64,000 bases of DNA from an uncultured Phycisphaerales bacterium (GCA_963755915.1 CAVWLP010000002.1:1376001-1440000), one strand, 5' to 3'. Positions 32,243 through 43,085 are shown, counted from the first letter of the stretch. Notes: generated by a model from the letters alone, not told the origin. Numbers and translations: made by a program.

Positions 32243-32776
32243 CTACTGATCCAGGGTATGAAACGTCTGAAACGCCGAATCGGGAATGCATTCCACATCG
32301 ACGTTGAGTGCTTCGCCCGAGCGGGGGAGGGTCATGAACAGGCACCATCGTTTGCCGTTAATGAGGGTGGAGTCGTACACGATGATGCATTTGTCGCCGG
32401 TTTGCGGCGGCCAGAGGCCCGGGGCGACGAAACCGAATGCCTGCCCGGTAGAGGCTGAGTTAAACCGGAGATCCTCGCCGCCGGGGAGGTTGCGGAGCTC
32501 ATCGAGCGATGCCGGCATGTGGTCGTTCTCGCGGTAGTAGAGGAGGACGTACCCGCCGATGTCCTGCAGGCGACTGGCGGTTGGATCGGTGGAGACGATG
32601 TCATCCGGTGTGAGGACCTGATTGGTGGGGGAGAGCGATTCCGGCGCCCGGCTGAAATCGACGCGCGTCGGGCCGGAGGGAACCACCGTCGCCGGCGGAG
32701 GCTGCTGCTGGCAACCGAACAGCGCGAGGAGGCCGACGATTGCGAGCGAGCAGCGAAGATTCAATCGGGCAAACAT
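32243..32776 (-). CDS. hypothetical lipoprotein
   Basis: LFGC lipobox; co-directional immediately after gspD. Confidence 0.7.
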   Translation of the reverse strand: MFARLNLRCSLAIVGLLALFGCQQQPPPATVVPSGPTRVDFSRAPESLSPTNQVLTPDDIVSTDPTASRLQDIGGYVLLYYRENDHMPASLDELRNLPGGEDLRFNSASTGQAFGFVAPGLWPPQTGDKCIIVYDSTLINGKRWCLFMTLPRSGEALNVDVECIPDSAFQTFHTLDQ

Positions 32777-32805
32777 CGGGAGTACTCCATTGCCTCCATC
32801 TTATC

Positions 32806-35280
32806 TTAATGGCCGGGCTGCGGCGGTTCCATCCAGTCGCGCTGCACGGTCGGGGGGGGAATATACATCGGAGAGGGCTGGGTTGACGCATTCCCGCGCT
32901 GCATGCCGCGCAGCTGTTCCTGGAATATTCCGGGCTCGACGGCGTTGGGCGTGAGGCGCAGGCCCCTCATTTCATCGTTGGTCATGGGCCGCAGGGTGTC
33001 CGGCTCGGCCGCGACGTGCGGGGTGAGGAAGATCAGCAGCTCGGTCTTCTGCTTGGAAATTGTATTGTAGGAGAAAAGGAGCTTACCAATGACAGGGATG
33101 TCGCCCAGAAGCGGGATCTTGTTAAAATTCTCAGTTTTTTCGTCCTGCATGAGCCCGCCAATGACAACGGTCTGGCCGTCTCGCACGGTGAGGTAACTGT
33201 CGGCGGAACGAACATCGAACACTGGCAAACTCACGCCCTGCTGGATGGTAACCGTCTGGTCGGTGAGCGAGGAAATCTGTGGCGAGACCAGCATCGTCAC
33301 GAGTCCTTCAGGGTTGATGTGGGGAGTGACGGTGAGAATGATGCCGATGTCCTGGTATTGCGCGCTGTTGGTGATTCCGCCGTTCTCATTGACGAAGGTG
33401 TTGGTGATGAAGGGGACTTCGCTGCCGACGGTGATGTCGGCTTCCTGGTTGTCGCTGGTGAGAATGTAGGGGCGAGAGAGGACGTCGAGGCGATTTTCCT
33501 GGGCGAGGGCCTGCAATTTTAGATAGACGTCGTTTTCGAGGAGCGAGACGACCATACCACCTGGAGTGGACGTTGAGGCCGCGGCCGCGGCGGCGCCGAG
33601 GGTGCTGTTGATGGTTCCTTCCTTGCCGGTGCGGCTGATGTCGACGAGGGAGAAGTCGGTGCCGAAGTCGAGATTGTTGGCGTGGGTGACTTCGGCGATG
33701 AGGACCTTAATCAGGACCTGCTGCACGCGGCTATCGAGCTGGTCGATCACGTCGCGCACCTGCTTTTCATATTTGGCCGCCGTCGCGACGAGCAGCGAGT
33801 TGGTGTCCTGATCGGCGACGACGTAAACCTGTCCGATGAGCTGGGCAACGCCGGTGAGGTTGGACGCGTTGACGGACGCGGAGGCGCCTCCGCCGAATCC
33901 GGTGGTGAGTCCGCCGCTGGTGCTACCGAGGGTTCGATTGGCGGCGTTGAGGGTGCTGTTTGAGCCGAAGCTGCTGCCGCCGAGGGAGCCTCCGCCACCG
34001 CCGCCGCCAAATGCACCGCCGCCTCCTCCGCCGCCCCCGCCCCCGCCGAAGCCGCTGCTGCCGGAGACGCGGTTACCGGTTCCGCTGGAGAATTGTGAGC
34101 GGTTTGCGGTGCTGCTGCTGGCGGTGGTGCCGCTGAACAGGCCGTTGAGGGTGGAGGCCATATCTACTGCCTGGCCGTTTTTGACGCGATATATGAAGAA
34201 GTCCTGCTCGGCGGCGGGGTTTGAGTCGAGCTGGGTGAGAACGCCGTCGATGATGGCGAGCGTATCGGGAGGTCCGGAAACGACGATGGTGTTGGTGCGT
34301 TCGTCTGCGGAGGCTTCAACGTGGCCGGTATTGCCGGATTCCTGCTGCGCCGCCGCGGCCGCGCCGCCGCCGGGTCCACCGCCGAAGCCGCCGCCTCCAA
34401 AACCGCCCCCTCCAAATCCCCCGCCTCCTCCAAATCGGCCTCCGCCGCCTCCTGCACCGCCGCCACCGGCTCCGCCGCCGCCGCCCAAACGGAAGAACGG
34501 GTTGTTGCCGAATGGGCTGGCCTGCTGCGTCGTCTCCTGCGGGCTGAAAATATCCATGATGAGCTTCGCCGCCGCGGTGGCATCGGCATATTTCAACTGC
34601 TTCACGCGGATGTCACTGGCGGCCGATTCGTGCTTGTCCATTCCCGCGATGATCGACACAACGCGCCGCACGTTGGTTGACGTGTCGGTGATGATCAGCG
34701 TGTTGCTGGCCGCGTTGGCGGTGAGGTCGGCATCCGTGCTCACCATCGGTGCGAGGTCGGTCTTCAGTTTCACGGCGTCAACGTTGCGGACGGGGATCAC
34801 CTGCGTGATGAGCTGATCGGTGTCCTCGATCTGGTCCGGGTCTTCGCCGAAACGGACGGGGATGTTGGCCTTCTTGGCGTTGGCCAGGGTGTCGATCTTC
34901 AGCTCGTTGCCCATCTGGATGGCGATGAACCCGTCCGCCTTCAGGGCGCTGTTCAGATAGACGACGGCTTGTTCCGGCGTGATCGGCGTCGGGCTGAGCA
35001 TCGTCACGCGACCGGTGACGGGAACGATCGGCACGACGACGAACTTGGCGTTGGTGGCGAGATAATCGAGCACGGCAGAGATGTCGGCGTCCTTGAAGTT
35101 GAAGCTGATGAGGCGCGATTCGGGCTGGGTGGTGGGAAGGGCGACCGGATTGCTCGAGACAATGACCCCCCCATCCGGCTGCGTCGTGGCGGCATCCTGC
35201 GCGGCGCAGAGGCTTGAAAAGGTCGCCACCAGCGCGACGGAGCCGACAAAAGATGCCAAACCGCCAAAATGCCGATTCAT
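32806..35280 (-). CDS. gspD: type II secretion secretin
   Basis: FNFKDADI N0; N-domains (ADERTNTIVV); QVLIKVLIAEV; KIPLLGDIPVIG; TELLIFLTP. Confidence 0.93.
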   Translation of the reverse strand: MNRHFGGLASFVGSVALVATFSSLCAAQDAATTQPDGGVIVSSNPVALPTTQPESRLISFNFKDADISAVLDYLATNAKFVVVPIVPVTGRVTMLSPTPITPEQAVVYLNSALKADGFIAIQMGNELKIDTLANAKKANIPVRFGEDPDQIEDTDQLITQVIPVRNVDAVKLKTDLAPMVSTDADLTANAASNTLIITDTSTNVRRVVSIIAGMDKHESAASDIRVKQLKYADATAAAKLIMDIFSPQETTQQASPFGNNPFFRLGGGGGAGGGGAGGGGGRFGGGGGFGGGGFGGGGFGGGPGGGAAAAAQQESGNTGHVEASADERTNTIVVSGPPDTLAIIDGVLTQLDSNPAAEQDFFIYRVKNGQAVDMASTLNGLFSGTTASSSTANRSQFSSGTGNRVSGSSGFGGGGGGGGGGGAFGGGGGGGSLGGSSFGSNSTLNAANRTLGSTSGGLTTGFGGGASASVNASNLTGVAQLIGQVYVVADQDTNSLLVATAAKYEKQVRDVIDQLDSRVQQVLIKVLIAEVTHANNLDFGTDFSLVDISRTGKEGTINSTLGAAAAAASTSTPGGMVVSLLENDVYLKLQALAQENRLDVLSRPYILTSDNQEADITVGSEVPFITNTFVNENGGITNSAQYQDIGIILTVTPHINPEGLVTMLVSPQISSLTDQTVTIQQGVSLPVFDVRSADSYLTVRDGQTVVIGGLMQDEKTENFNKIPLLGDIPVIGKLLFSYNTISKQKTELLIFLTPHVAAEPDTLRPMTNDEMRGLRLTPNAVEPGIFQEQLRGMQRGNASTQPSPMYIPPPTVQRDWMEPPQPGH

Positions 35281-35410
35281 GATTGCCCTTTCATTCCCAA
35301 TTTATCGGACGTGTGAGTCGAGATTCTGCAATGCCAGACCGGTGTTCGGCCGGCGCGCCCGACGGGATTTTCTCTCGATTCCTGAATCATCGTTTCCCAA
35401 TTAGTTCCAA

Positions 35411-36121
35411 TCAGTGGCCCGTTTCTTCCAGCCGCCGGCGCTTCAAATAATCTTCCATCGATTCCCCCGGAGCCCGTGGGCCGGTGCGTGAAGGCATCGT
35501 TGTGGACGAGGACGACGACGAGGTCGATCCGCCGGATTGGTTGCCCGAGACTCCCCAGACATCTCCGCCGGCGAGGTTAAAGCCGACGTTGACGCGGATC
35601 GTCCGCCCGGCGGCGTCCTGATAGTCCAGCGAATCAAGCGTGATACTGACGACCTTGCCCGCGGCGATTTTCTGGCCAATCGCCACCTGCGTGACGCTGT
35701 TGGCCCCCTGATCTTCCAGGAACGCGACCCGGCCATAGTCCGACAGCGAAACGCCGGTCAGCACAAGGTCGTTGGCCGTCGGCGTGTAGTTGTAGGGCAG
35801 CGGCTGCGACGGAGCCACCGGCTGCGGCGGCAGGCTGCGCTGATTGCCGCGGATGAAGATATTGCGGCTGCCGACTTCCTCGGTGATCGCGGGGAGATTC
35901 GTCGAGATTTGCTGCTGGCTGTTCTGATCGCGCCCAAAGCGCCGTGAATATCGTCGGTTTCGGTATTCGCCGTTGCCGCCGTTATTGCCATTGCCGTCAT
36001 TTTCAAAATTCGATCGGCGTGTCGTCGGCTGCTCCTGGACGGATAGGTCCGGACGCGTGGAGACATCAGCCGCCATCGCGGCGGTGGCGCACAGAAAAAT
36101 CAAAAGCGCGGCCCGTTTCAT
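35411..36121 (-). CDS. GspC-like T2SS accessory protein
   Basis: Position; RNIF and LVLTGV...VAFLED HR-like segment. Confidence 0.55.
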   Translation of the reverse strand: MKRAALLIFLCATAAMAADVSTRPDLSVQEQPTTRRSNFENDGNGNNGGNGEYRNRRYSRRFGRDQNSQQQISTNLPAITEEVGSRNIFIRGNQRSLPPQPVAPSQPLPYNYTPTANDLVLTGVSLSDYGRVAFLEDQGANSVTQVAIGQKIAAGKVVSITLDSLDYQDAAGRTIRVNVGFNLAGGDVWGVSGNQSGGSTSSSSSSTTMPSRTGPRAPGESMEDYLKRRRLEETGH

Positions 36122-36726
36122 TGGAATCCTTCCAGGTCGTTGAACATATCGCCACCAGTATTGTTGCCGGAAGAATTGGGCCCCGTTGGCGGCATGTACA
36201 GAGCCGAGACCAGCAGCTTCACGTTCAGTTGATCGGTTCCCTCCCGGGACGATTGGAAATGGACGTCGCTCAGACGGATCGGAATCGCGGCGCTTTCGAT
36301 CGAATAAAGGAAGCGGGCGATGTGGCGCATCCCCTGGTCGCCTTCGGCGTTGAACTCCAAGTTGAAATTGATGCTCTGGAACGGCGACCCCTTTTGTGCA
36401 GGCACAGGGTCGGACCGAACATTTTCGATGTTAATCTGCGCGTCGCGGGCCCAGTTCTGGAGCATCTGCTGCGTGCGGCTCTGGGCCGTCGAATAGTCGG
36501 CCTGAAGGCCGTTTTGCATCATCACGTTCCAGTCGGGCACTTTCTTGGCTTGCAGGAGGAGCAAATCGGAGTTGTCGCCGATGGTTTTTCGGGCTGTATT
36601 CTCTTCGGTCTTGAGCTCATTGGACCTGTCAAAATAGGGACCGATCACGATGTAATAGATCACCAGGGCCGCGATCAGCCCGACGGCTCCCATTACCAGA
36701 TATCTTTCACGCTTCGATAAAACCAC
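36118..36726 (-). CDS. GspM/PilO-like protein
   Basis: LSKRERYL + TM + ferredoxin-like domain (FLYSIES). Confidence 0.75.
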   Translation of the reverse strand: MVLSKRERYLVMGAVGLIAALVIYYIVIGPYFDRSNELKTEENTARKTIGDNSDLLLLQAKKVPDWNVMMQNGLQADYSTAQSRTQQMLQNWARDAQINIENVRSDPVPAQKGSPFQSINFNLEFNAEGDQGMRHIARFLYSIESAAIPIRLSDVHFQSSREGTDQLNVKLLVSALYMPPTGPNSSGNNTGGDMFNDLEGFQ

Positions 36727-36752
36727 GTCTGCTCCAGTTCGATTGACTCAAT

Positions 36753-38258
36753 TCATTTCGCCGGTTTCGTTGGGGTTGGCTCGGGGGCGCTGGGCGGCTC
36801 GTAACCGTAGGCAATCGAGAAGGTGTATTCGTCGCTCCGTGGCACCTTGGCTTCGCCCCCCGGGCGGATGTCCTTGAACACCGTCGGACTGCGCCGCATG
36901 CGATCTTCCAGCGCCGTCACGCTTTCGATCGCCCCCGTGTGGCCCTGCAGCGAAACGTAAAGCGTCTGGTGATCTTCCGCATTGGGAACCGGGCCGGGCT
37001 GATTCGTGCCGTTGCTCGTCGGCGGCGGCTCAGCCTTGATTTCCAGGCTCGTGGCGTAGGTCTGCCCGTCCTCGGGGATGAGCGAATTCAGATCGCGCAT
37101 GCAATCGAGATAACGCGGCGTGGCGTTGTGCCAGTATTGCGCCAGCGTTGCCTTGTAGACGAAATCCTTGGCCTGCCCGACTTTCGCGGATTGCCCATCG
37201 ATCTGAGATTGAAGGCCGGCCAGCACCTGCTCTTCCTTCGAGAGATCGAGATAAGCGTAGATACCGAAGGCAATCAGCAGCGCCGCGGCAGCGCTCGCAA
37301 AATACGCCCAGCGCGGGATGTGATGCTCCTTTGGCGGAGCCAGCCGCGAATGCAGGAAGTCGATGGAGGACGCACCGGCGTCCATCCCCGAAAGCGCCAG
37401 CGCGACCGCCGAGGCAAATTTCGGACCCTGCCCGTTGATGCCTGCGCCGCCGGATTCGACGCCGAGCGTGTCCAGATCGCCCCGGCGGATGCTGAGTCCG
37501 ATCTGCTCGCCGAGGCTCGCCGCATCCAGTTCCGTCGCATCCCACAGGATCATTTCGCTGTGCCCGTTGGACGTTCCCAGCGTGGAGACCGCCCGGCGAA
37601 GCTCACTCACAAACGGCGGCTGCGGATTGGAGGGGCGGAGATTTCGGACCGAAGTCGCAGTCGCCTGCCGCTGCGACGAAAGCTCCGATGCGCCGGCGCC
37701 TGACGCAAGGACCAAAACATCCCGCTTTAGTGCCGAGCCGGTGATCGAGCCCAGCGCCATCGCCGAAGGCATGATTGCCAGTGGTTGAAGCCGGGCCCCG
37801 TCGCATAGCGTTTCGATGGCGTCGATATATTTCTTAGGCGTTGCCGCGAGGAGAACGGTTCGGCTCGCGCTGCCCTGAGCCGGCTCGCCGGCGAAGTCGT
37901 AAACCAGGTCCTTCAGCTCGGTCGAGAATTCCGATTCCGCTTCGAGCCGCAGAAGCTGGGCGACCGTGGCGTCATCCGCGGGCGGCACTTCCTTCGGTTT
38001 GACCACCAGCCATTTCAGCGGAATGCCGATGACCGCTGCACGCGTCGCGAATTCATTATCCTTCAAAAAATGCGAAAGTGCCTTGGCCAACTCCGCGGGC
38101 TGTTCGAGGGAAATCCCCTCGGGATAGATCATCTCCGCAAGCCGGTGTACCTGCGGGCGTCCCTCGGCCGCGACAACTTCGGCGGCCAGGAGCGACCGCT
38201 CACCCAGTGCCAGGCCAAGGATTTTTTTGTTCCGTGTTGGTTTCAAGGACTTCCTCAT
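36753..38258 (-). CDS. GspL/PilM-PilN-like protein
   Basis: Actin-like N-domain, IDFL linker, TM, coiled coil. Confidence 0.75.
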   Translation of the reverse strand: MRKSLKPTRNKKILGLALGERSLLAAEVVAAEGRPQVHRLAEMIYPEGISLEQPAELAKALSHFLKDNEFATRAAVIGIPLKWLVVKPKEVPPADDATVAQLLRLEAESEFSTELKDLVYDFAGEPAQGSASRTVLLAATPKKYIDAIETLCDGARLQPLAIMPSAMALGSITGSALKRDVLVLASGAGASELSSQRQATATSVRNLRPSNPQPPFVSELRRAVSTLGTSNGHSEMILWDATELDAASLGEQIGLSIRRGDLDTLGVESGGAGINGQGPKFASAVALALSGMDAGASSIDFLHSRLAPPKEHHIPRWAYFASAAAALLIAFGIYAYLDLSKEEQVLAGLQSQIDGQSAKVGQAKDFVYKATLAQYWHNATPRYLDCMRDLNSLIPEDGQTYATSLEIKAEPPPTSNGTNQPGPVPNAEDHQTLYVSLQGHTGAIESVTALEDRMRRSPTVFKDIRPGGEAKVPRSDEYTFSIAYGYEPPSAPEPTPTKPAK

Positions 38259-39535
38259 TTGGTGTTCTGCCCAACCGTTGCCGCCGAGGCCAACTGCGTT
38301 CCCAGCCATCCCAGCGGTAGCTGCTGCTTCTCGACGAGCTGCTGGAATTGCGTCTGGGAAATCATCGGCGCCAAGGGCCAGCCGTAGGCCGTTAAATCTT
38401 TTCGATAGATGATCACCGACGGCGGCGTGGTGCTGCCGGTCGAGGAGGCCAGCGGGTTGTACTGGCTCGCATCGACGACGATGCGCACGCGCTTGAAAGC
38501 CCGCCCGTCGCTGCTCACCGCGACGATGTCGGCGGAGTAGCGCGTCGATGAGCCGGTGAGATAATTCCCCAGTCCCGGCGCCATGGACGCTGCCCAGTTG
38601 GCGCTGCTGCCGCTGCTGCTGGAATTCGCCTCCCGGTTTTCAATGATGTTTTCCGCCTGCGATTCCGTCATGCCCAGCGCCTCTAGCACCGGCTCGGTGG
38701 CGGTGAAGGCGTTGATCTGGTACTGGGCCGGCTGTGGGGGCCGCGCCCTCGTGTTAGCGGCCCCTTTCAGCGAATAGACCGTCAGGTAGCTGGATATCCC
38801 CGGATTGCTGTTGTTCAGCAGCGAGCTCCCGGAGGACATCGATGTCTGCCCCATCTGCCCGTTGGCATATTCCCACATCAGCGTATTCCGGTGCGTGTCG
38901 CTTCCCCAGAGCAGTTGCGGCATCAGCATCTCCTGAACTTCCGAAGGGAAGCCGATCAACTGAAGCTCCTCGAGCGTCTCCAGCGGGGCTTCCTTGACCT
39001 GGTACGGCTCGGGCATCTGCGAATAGTCGGTGCTGGTGGCGCCGTCGCCGCCGGAGGTCGATGTGCCGTTTCTCCAGGCCGATATCGAAGCGGGAATATC
39101 GCTGATGTCGTAGGTTTCGTTGATGTTCAGCGCCTGCACTAGCGTCGGAATGTCGTTGTCGAGCGTGGTGGAGTTGACGTTGAGCTTGCCGAATTCATCC
39201 GTGATGCCGCACACGGGGCCGCCGCTGATCTGGCTCAGGTCGGCGGGAAGGATCCAGAAATATCCCGGCTTTTCGCTGCCGTCCGAAGGGAGCGGAATCG
39301 TGTCGGTCTGCACTTCGGTGCAAATCGTGTACGCGTCCGGGCGGTAGGCGTCGATCTGGGCGAGCACGAACTGCTCGGCCCCCAGCTCGATGGCCTCTGC
39401 CTGCGCCTGGCCGCGCCGATTGGCCGACTGAAGCGCCTCGGTGCGCATGCTGTTGGCGAAGACCAGTGCCAGCCCGGTGAGAATCACAATGATTCCCAGG
39501 GCCATGACGAAGATCATTCCGTGCCGGCGCCTCAT
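38255..39535 (-). CDS. gspK: minor pseudopilin GspK
   Basis: RRHG|MIFVMAL; DEFGKLNVN; PLETLEELQLI; INAFTA. Confidence 0.85.
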   Translation of the reverse strand: MRRRHGMIFVMALGIIVILTGLALVFANSMRTEALQSANRRGQAQAEAIELGAEQFVLAQIDAYRPDAYTICTEVQTDTIPLPSDGSEKPGYFWILPADLSQISGGPVCGITDEFGKLNVNSTTLDNDIPTLVQALNINETYDISDIPASISAWRNGTSTSGGDGATSTDYSQMPEPYQVKEAPLETLEELQLIGFPSEVQEMLMPQLLWGSDTHRNTLMWEYANGQMGQTSMSSGSSLLNNSNPGISSYLTVYSLKGAANTRARPPQPAQYQINAFTATEPVLEALGMTESQAENIIENREANSSSSGSSANWAASMAPGLGNYLTGSSTRYSADIVAVSSDGRAFKRVRIVVDASQYNPLASSTGSTTPPSVIIYRKDLTAYGWPLAPMISQTQFQQLVEKQQLPLGWLGTQLASAATVGQNTK

Positions 39536-40347
39536 TCGGTCGTGCCCCCGTTCACGTTGCTGTCCAGCGCCGCAGAAGAGCAGGGGAGCATGACCACGCG
39601 CGAATAAATCGTTCCCGGCACGGCCCGGCTATTGGTCGTTGTCTGATTCAGCGAAAGCGTGATCCTCACCGCGGCAGGAATGACCGGATCGGTTTCCTGC
39701 GACGAATCCCAGGTCTGGTCGCTGCTGAGATCGTTGCCGGCCGGCATCGTGCCATTCACCGAATACTGCACGACAAACTGTGAGACATTGCGGCAAACCA
39801 CCTCTTCGTCCACCGAGCCAAGTTGTCCCGTCGCCGGCAGAAGATTTCTAGTCACCCGGCGAACCAGAACCTGCTCATTGGTGCCGATCGGCTGCACGAC
39901 CTTGTATTCCACGCATTTCACCTCGCCGTTGGCCGAGGTGTGAACCGGGCTGTCGGACGTGGTGAAGAAGACCACGTCATCCGCCGGCTCGCCGCCGGAG
40001 CCGGTCGTCTGGGTGCCCAGGAAAGCGGTGGTCTCGTTGTTGTTCGCCGGATTCGCCATGCCGATCAGCGTCAGCGTGTTGCCGGTGTTCTGTCCCTTGT
40101 TCGTCGTCGCCGGCGCCTGCTGAAGGGCGTTGGAAAGATCATCCGCGATCCGGTCCAGCGCCGTGCAGGCCTGATCGACCGGCGGAAGATTGGCGTCCGC
40201 CTGATGGACGGCATGATAGGCCGTCCACAGCGTCGATGTCAGCGACGCCGCGATAATCACCACCATCGCCAGGGCGATGAGCATCTCGATCAGCGTAAAC
40301 CCGCGGATGCTGCGCGATGCATGAGAATGTTTTGTTGCCGTCATCAT
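39532..40347 (-). CDS. gspJ: minor pseudopilin GspJ
   Basis: RG|FTLIEMLIA prepilin motif; PAAVRITL. Confidence 0.8.
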   Translation of the reverse strand: MMTATKHSHASRSIRGFTLIEMLIALAMVVIIAASLTSTLWTAYHAVHQADANLPPVDQACTALDRIADDLSNALQQAPATTNKGQNTGNTLTLIGMANPANNNETTAFLGTQTTGSGGEPADDVVFFTTSDSPVHTSANGEVKCVEYKVVQPIGTNEQVLVRRVTRNLLPATGQLGSVDEEVVCRNVSQFVVQYSVNGTMPAGNDLSSDQTWDSSQETDPVIPAAVRITLSLNQTTTNSRAVPGTIYSRVVMLPCSSAALDSNVNGGTTE

Positions 40348-40766
40348 TGCTGCGAAGTCTGCGTCAGATGGTTATACGCGAGGCTGGAAAGCATCATCGA
40401 CTCCCGGTGCGAACGCGCCGGCCAGGTGACCGTCAGATGCACTTCCTGCACGTTCATTCCGCTGGTGTCGAGGGAAAACGGGGTAATGGACGATTGCCAC
40501 CGGAAATTGGGAAATCCCTGCTGCGAGAAATCGCCGGCGGAATCTCCGGCGCTCTGGCCCTGAGACATTTCCAGGATGATTTGTGCGAGCTGCGAGCGGG
40601 CCAGTTCCGCCGCCTGGTTGCGGGTGATGGAGGCGCTGCCGGCGGCAAGTGAAATGGTGATCGCGTGCATGATCGCCGGCAGCACCAGGCCGATGAGCAG
40701 CAGCGTGACCAGCGCTTCGATCAGCGTAAAGCCTCCGCGCGAGCGATGAAGAATACGACGATTCAT
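40344..40766 (-). CDS. minor pseudopilin GspI-like
   Basis: GG|FTLIEAL; SAGDF..FRW. Confidence 0.78.
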   Translation of the reverse strand: MNRRILHRSRGGFTLIEALVTLLLIGLVLPAIMHAITISLAAGSASITRNQAAELARSQLAQIILEMSQGQSAGDSAGDFSQQGFPNFRWQSSITPFSLDTSGMNVQEVHLTVTWPARSHRESMMLSSLAYNHLTQTSQQ

Positions 40767-41407
40767 CGCGCGTTCTCCACAACATGGAAGTTTTCGGTCG
40801 GTGAATCACAGGCAATTTCGACGGAATGTCCCGAGTTGTCGCTGACGTGGATGGTCATCGGATCGGTGATGCCGGTGGGGCCGAATTGGATGTAGCTCGT
40901 ATCCGGAGCCAGCGTCCAGAGCGTTTCGCTGCCGCCGCTGGTGCCGTCGAGCAATTGCAACTCGCGCTGAAGCGGCTGCGGCTGCGGATTCAGATTGGGG
41001 TCCCAAGGCAAAAGCGTAATCATGCGCGGCACCGGCTGCCCGCCCATCGCAGCGGAATAGCCCGCCGAAACATTTAGCCCCTGCGGAACCGACACTTCAG
41101 TTGGCGGCGGGGCCGCGGACTGGGATGGATTCTGATTCGCAGCCGGCGCCTGTTCGCCGGGCGCAACCGTTGTAAGCGTGATCTGCTTTGCGCTGAAGAC
41201 AATATAGTAAGCCTGCGCCTCGTTGGTTGATTTCATCCGCGCAAGCTGGCAGAGCCCGACCATCTGCCGGCCGAAATTGTCCACAATCCGGCCCTCCGTG
41301 AAACGGAATAGCGCCGGGGCGAGGATCCCCGCGATGAGCGCGATCACAAACATCACGAGCACCAGCTCGATCAGCGTGAATCCGGGATGTCTGGAGCGAT
41401 TCGTCAT
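40763..41407 (-). CDS. minor pseudopilin GspH-like
   Basis: PG|FTLIELVL. Confidence 0.78.
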   Translation of the reverse strand: MTNRSRHPGFTLIELVLVMFVIALIAGILAPALFRFTEGRIVDNFGRQMVGLCQLARMKSTNEAQAYYIVFSAKQITLTTVAPGEQAPAANQNPSQSAAPPPTEVSVPQGLNVSAGYSAAMGGQPVPRMITLLPWDPNLNPQPQPLQRELQLLDGTSGGSETLWTLAPDTSYIQFGPTGITDPMTIHVSDNSGHSVEIACDSPTENFHVVENAR

Positions 41408-41410
41408 GCT

Positions 41411-41845
41411 TCACTGCGGTTTTATGTTGTCCGGATTACCTTCCTGACCGCTCGGCCCCGTGCACAGAAGATCGAAGTCATCCCCCGGCGTATTGCTAGG
41501 GCAGCGATAGACATATGGCCGGCCCCACGGATCAACTGGAACACTGTCGGTATCCAGCGTCTTCTCCCATTTGGGCAGATCCCCCGGATTGTGAATCAAA
41601 GCCGCAAGTCCGTCGGAGCTCGACGGGAATTGTCCATTGTCGATGTAGAACGTGTTCAGCGCGCCCTTCAACGTTGTGAGATCGGCCTGCGCCTTGGTCG
41701 TCTTGGCCTGGGCGAGGTGGCCAATGACCTTGGGAACCAGGATCGTCGCCAGGATGGCGATGATGACCATGACCACCAGAATCTCAATCAGCGTGAATGC
41801 GTTTCTGCGTCGATTTTGTCTGGAATGCAAAACAAGCGAGTTCAT
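41411..41845 (-). CDS. gspG: major pseudopilin
   Basis: A|FTLIEILVV; ALNTFYIDNGQFP; DPWGRPYVY. Confidence 0.93.
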   Translation of the reverse strand: MNSLVLHSRQNRRRNAFTLIEILVVMVIIAILATILVPKVIGHLAQAKTTKAQADLTTLKGALNTFYIDNGQFPSSSDGLAALIHNPGDLPKWEKTLDTDSVPVDPWGRPYVYRCPSNTPGDDFDLLCTGPSGQEGNPDNIKPQ

Positions 41846-41854
41846 AGGTGCTCC

Positions 41855-43085
41855 TTAGTGCACTAAATCTCCGAGATTGAAGACGGGCAACAACATGCTG
41901 ATGACGATCGTGCCGATGAACGCTGCCATCGACAGGAGCATCAGCGGCTCGGCAATGGCAACCAGCAGCCGAAGCGTGCGATCGAGTTCGGCCTCGTAAG
42001 TTGAGGCCATGCGCAAAAGCTCCTTGTCCAAACGGGCGGTTTCCTCTGCTACAGCGATCATCTCAACGACGGATGCGGGAAACAGCGTGTTATTGCCGCC
42101 CAGGCTCTTGGAAAGCGGCTCGCCGCGCTGAACCTGCTCGATGGCCTTGGAGACCGAGTCGGAAAGAATCTGGTTGCCGATGGCTTCACGCGCGACTTTC
42201 AGCGACGCCACCAGCGGCACGCCGGCGCCGATCAGCGTTCCGAGCATTCGCGAAAAACGCACCAGCGCGAACTGCGCAATCGTCTTACCCAGATAGGGCG
42301 TGGAAAGCATGGCCATTTCGATCCGCCGCCGTCCGCCTGGGGTGGCCGAAGCCCTTTTCCATGCGACGACCCCCGCGATGACGAGCCCCAGCACGATCAG
42401 CGAATAATGCCGAAGAACATTGCTGCACAAAATGACGAACTGGGTCAGCGCCGGAAGATTGGCGCCGAAGCTGGAGAAAATATTGCTGAACTGCGGGATG
42501 AAGAACGTCATCAGAAAGATCACCACCCCGACGGCCAGGCAGCCGAGGATGATCGGATAAACCATCGCCGCTTTAACCTTGCCCTTCAGCTCGTTTTCGC
42601 GGGCGCGGAAATCGGCGATCTGGCCCAGCACCGTGTCCAGGAACCCGCCCGCCTCGCCGGCGCGAACCATGGCGATGTAGATCGGCGAAAAGTTCTGCGG
42701 TTGCTTGGAGAGCGCCTCGGCCAGCGACGAACCGCCGACAACGTCGTCGTGAATCACACCCCAGTGATGCCGTGCCGCCGGATGCGAGGCCTCGCGCCGA
42801 AGCAGCGCCAGGGCCCGCGCCAGCGAAACTCCCCCCGCCAGCAGATTCGCCAGCTCTCGCGTGAACGATTCCACGACCTTCGCAGGCACCTTTTTGGGCT
42901 TCGCGACCTGGGTCCGCGCCTGGGCCTTTTTCGCCGCGGCGTCCAGGTCGCGCGCCTCTTCCAGCGTCACCGGCCTCAGGCCCTTGCGGCTCATTTCCGC
43001 CAGCGCCGTCGCGCGAGTCGCTCGTCAGCGTCCCGCTGGTACGCTGACCGTCTTTGCTCAATGCTGTGTAGGCGAATACCGACAT
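41855..43085 (-). CDS. gspF: T2SS inner-membrane platform protein (frameshift ~43010)
   Basis: FAYTALSKDG; MVRAGEAGG; AMVYP; LGTLIGAGVPL; EP. Confidence 0.9.
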
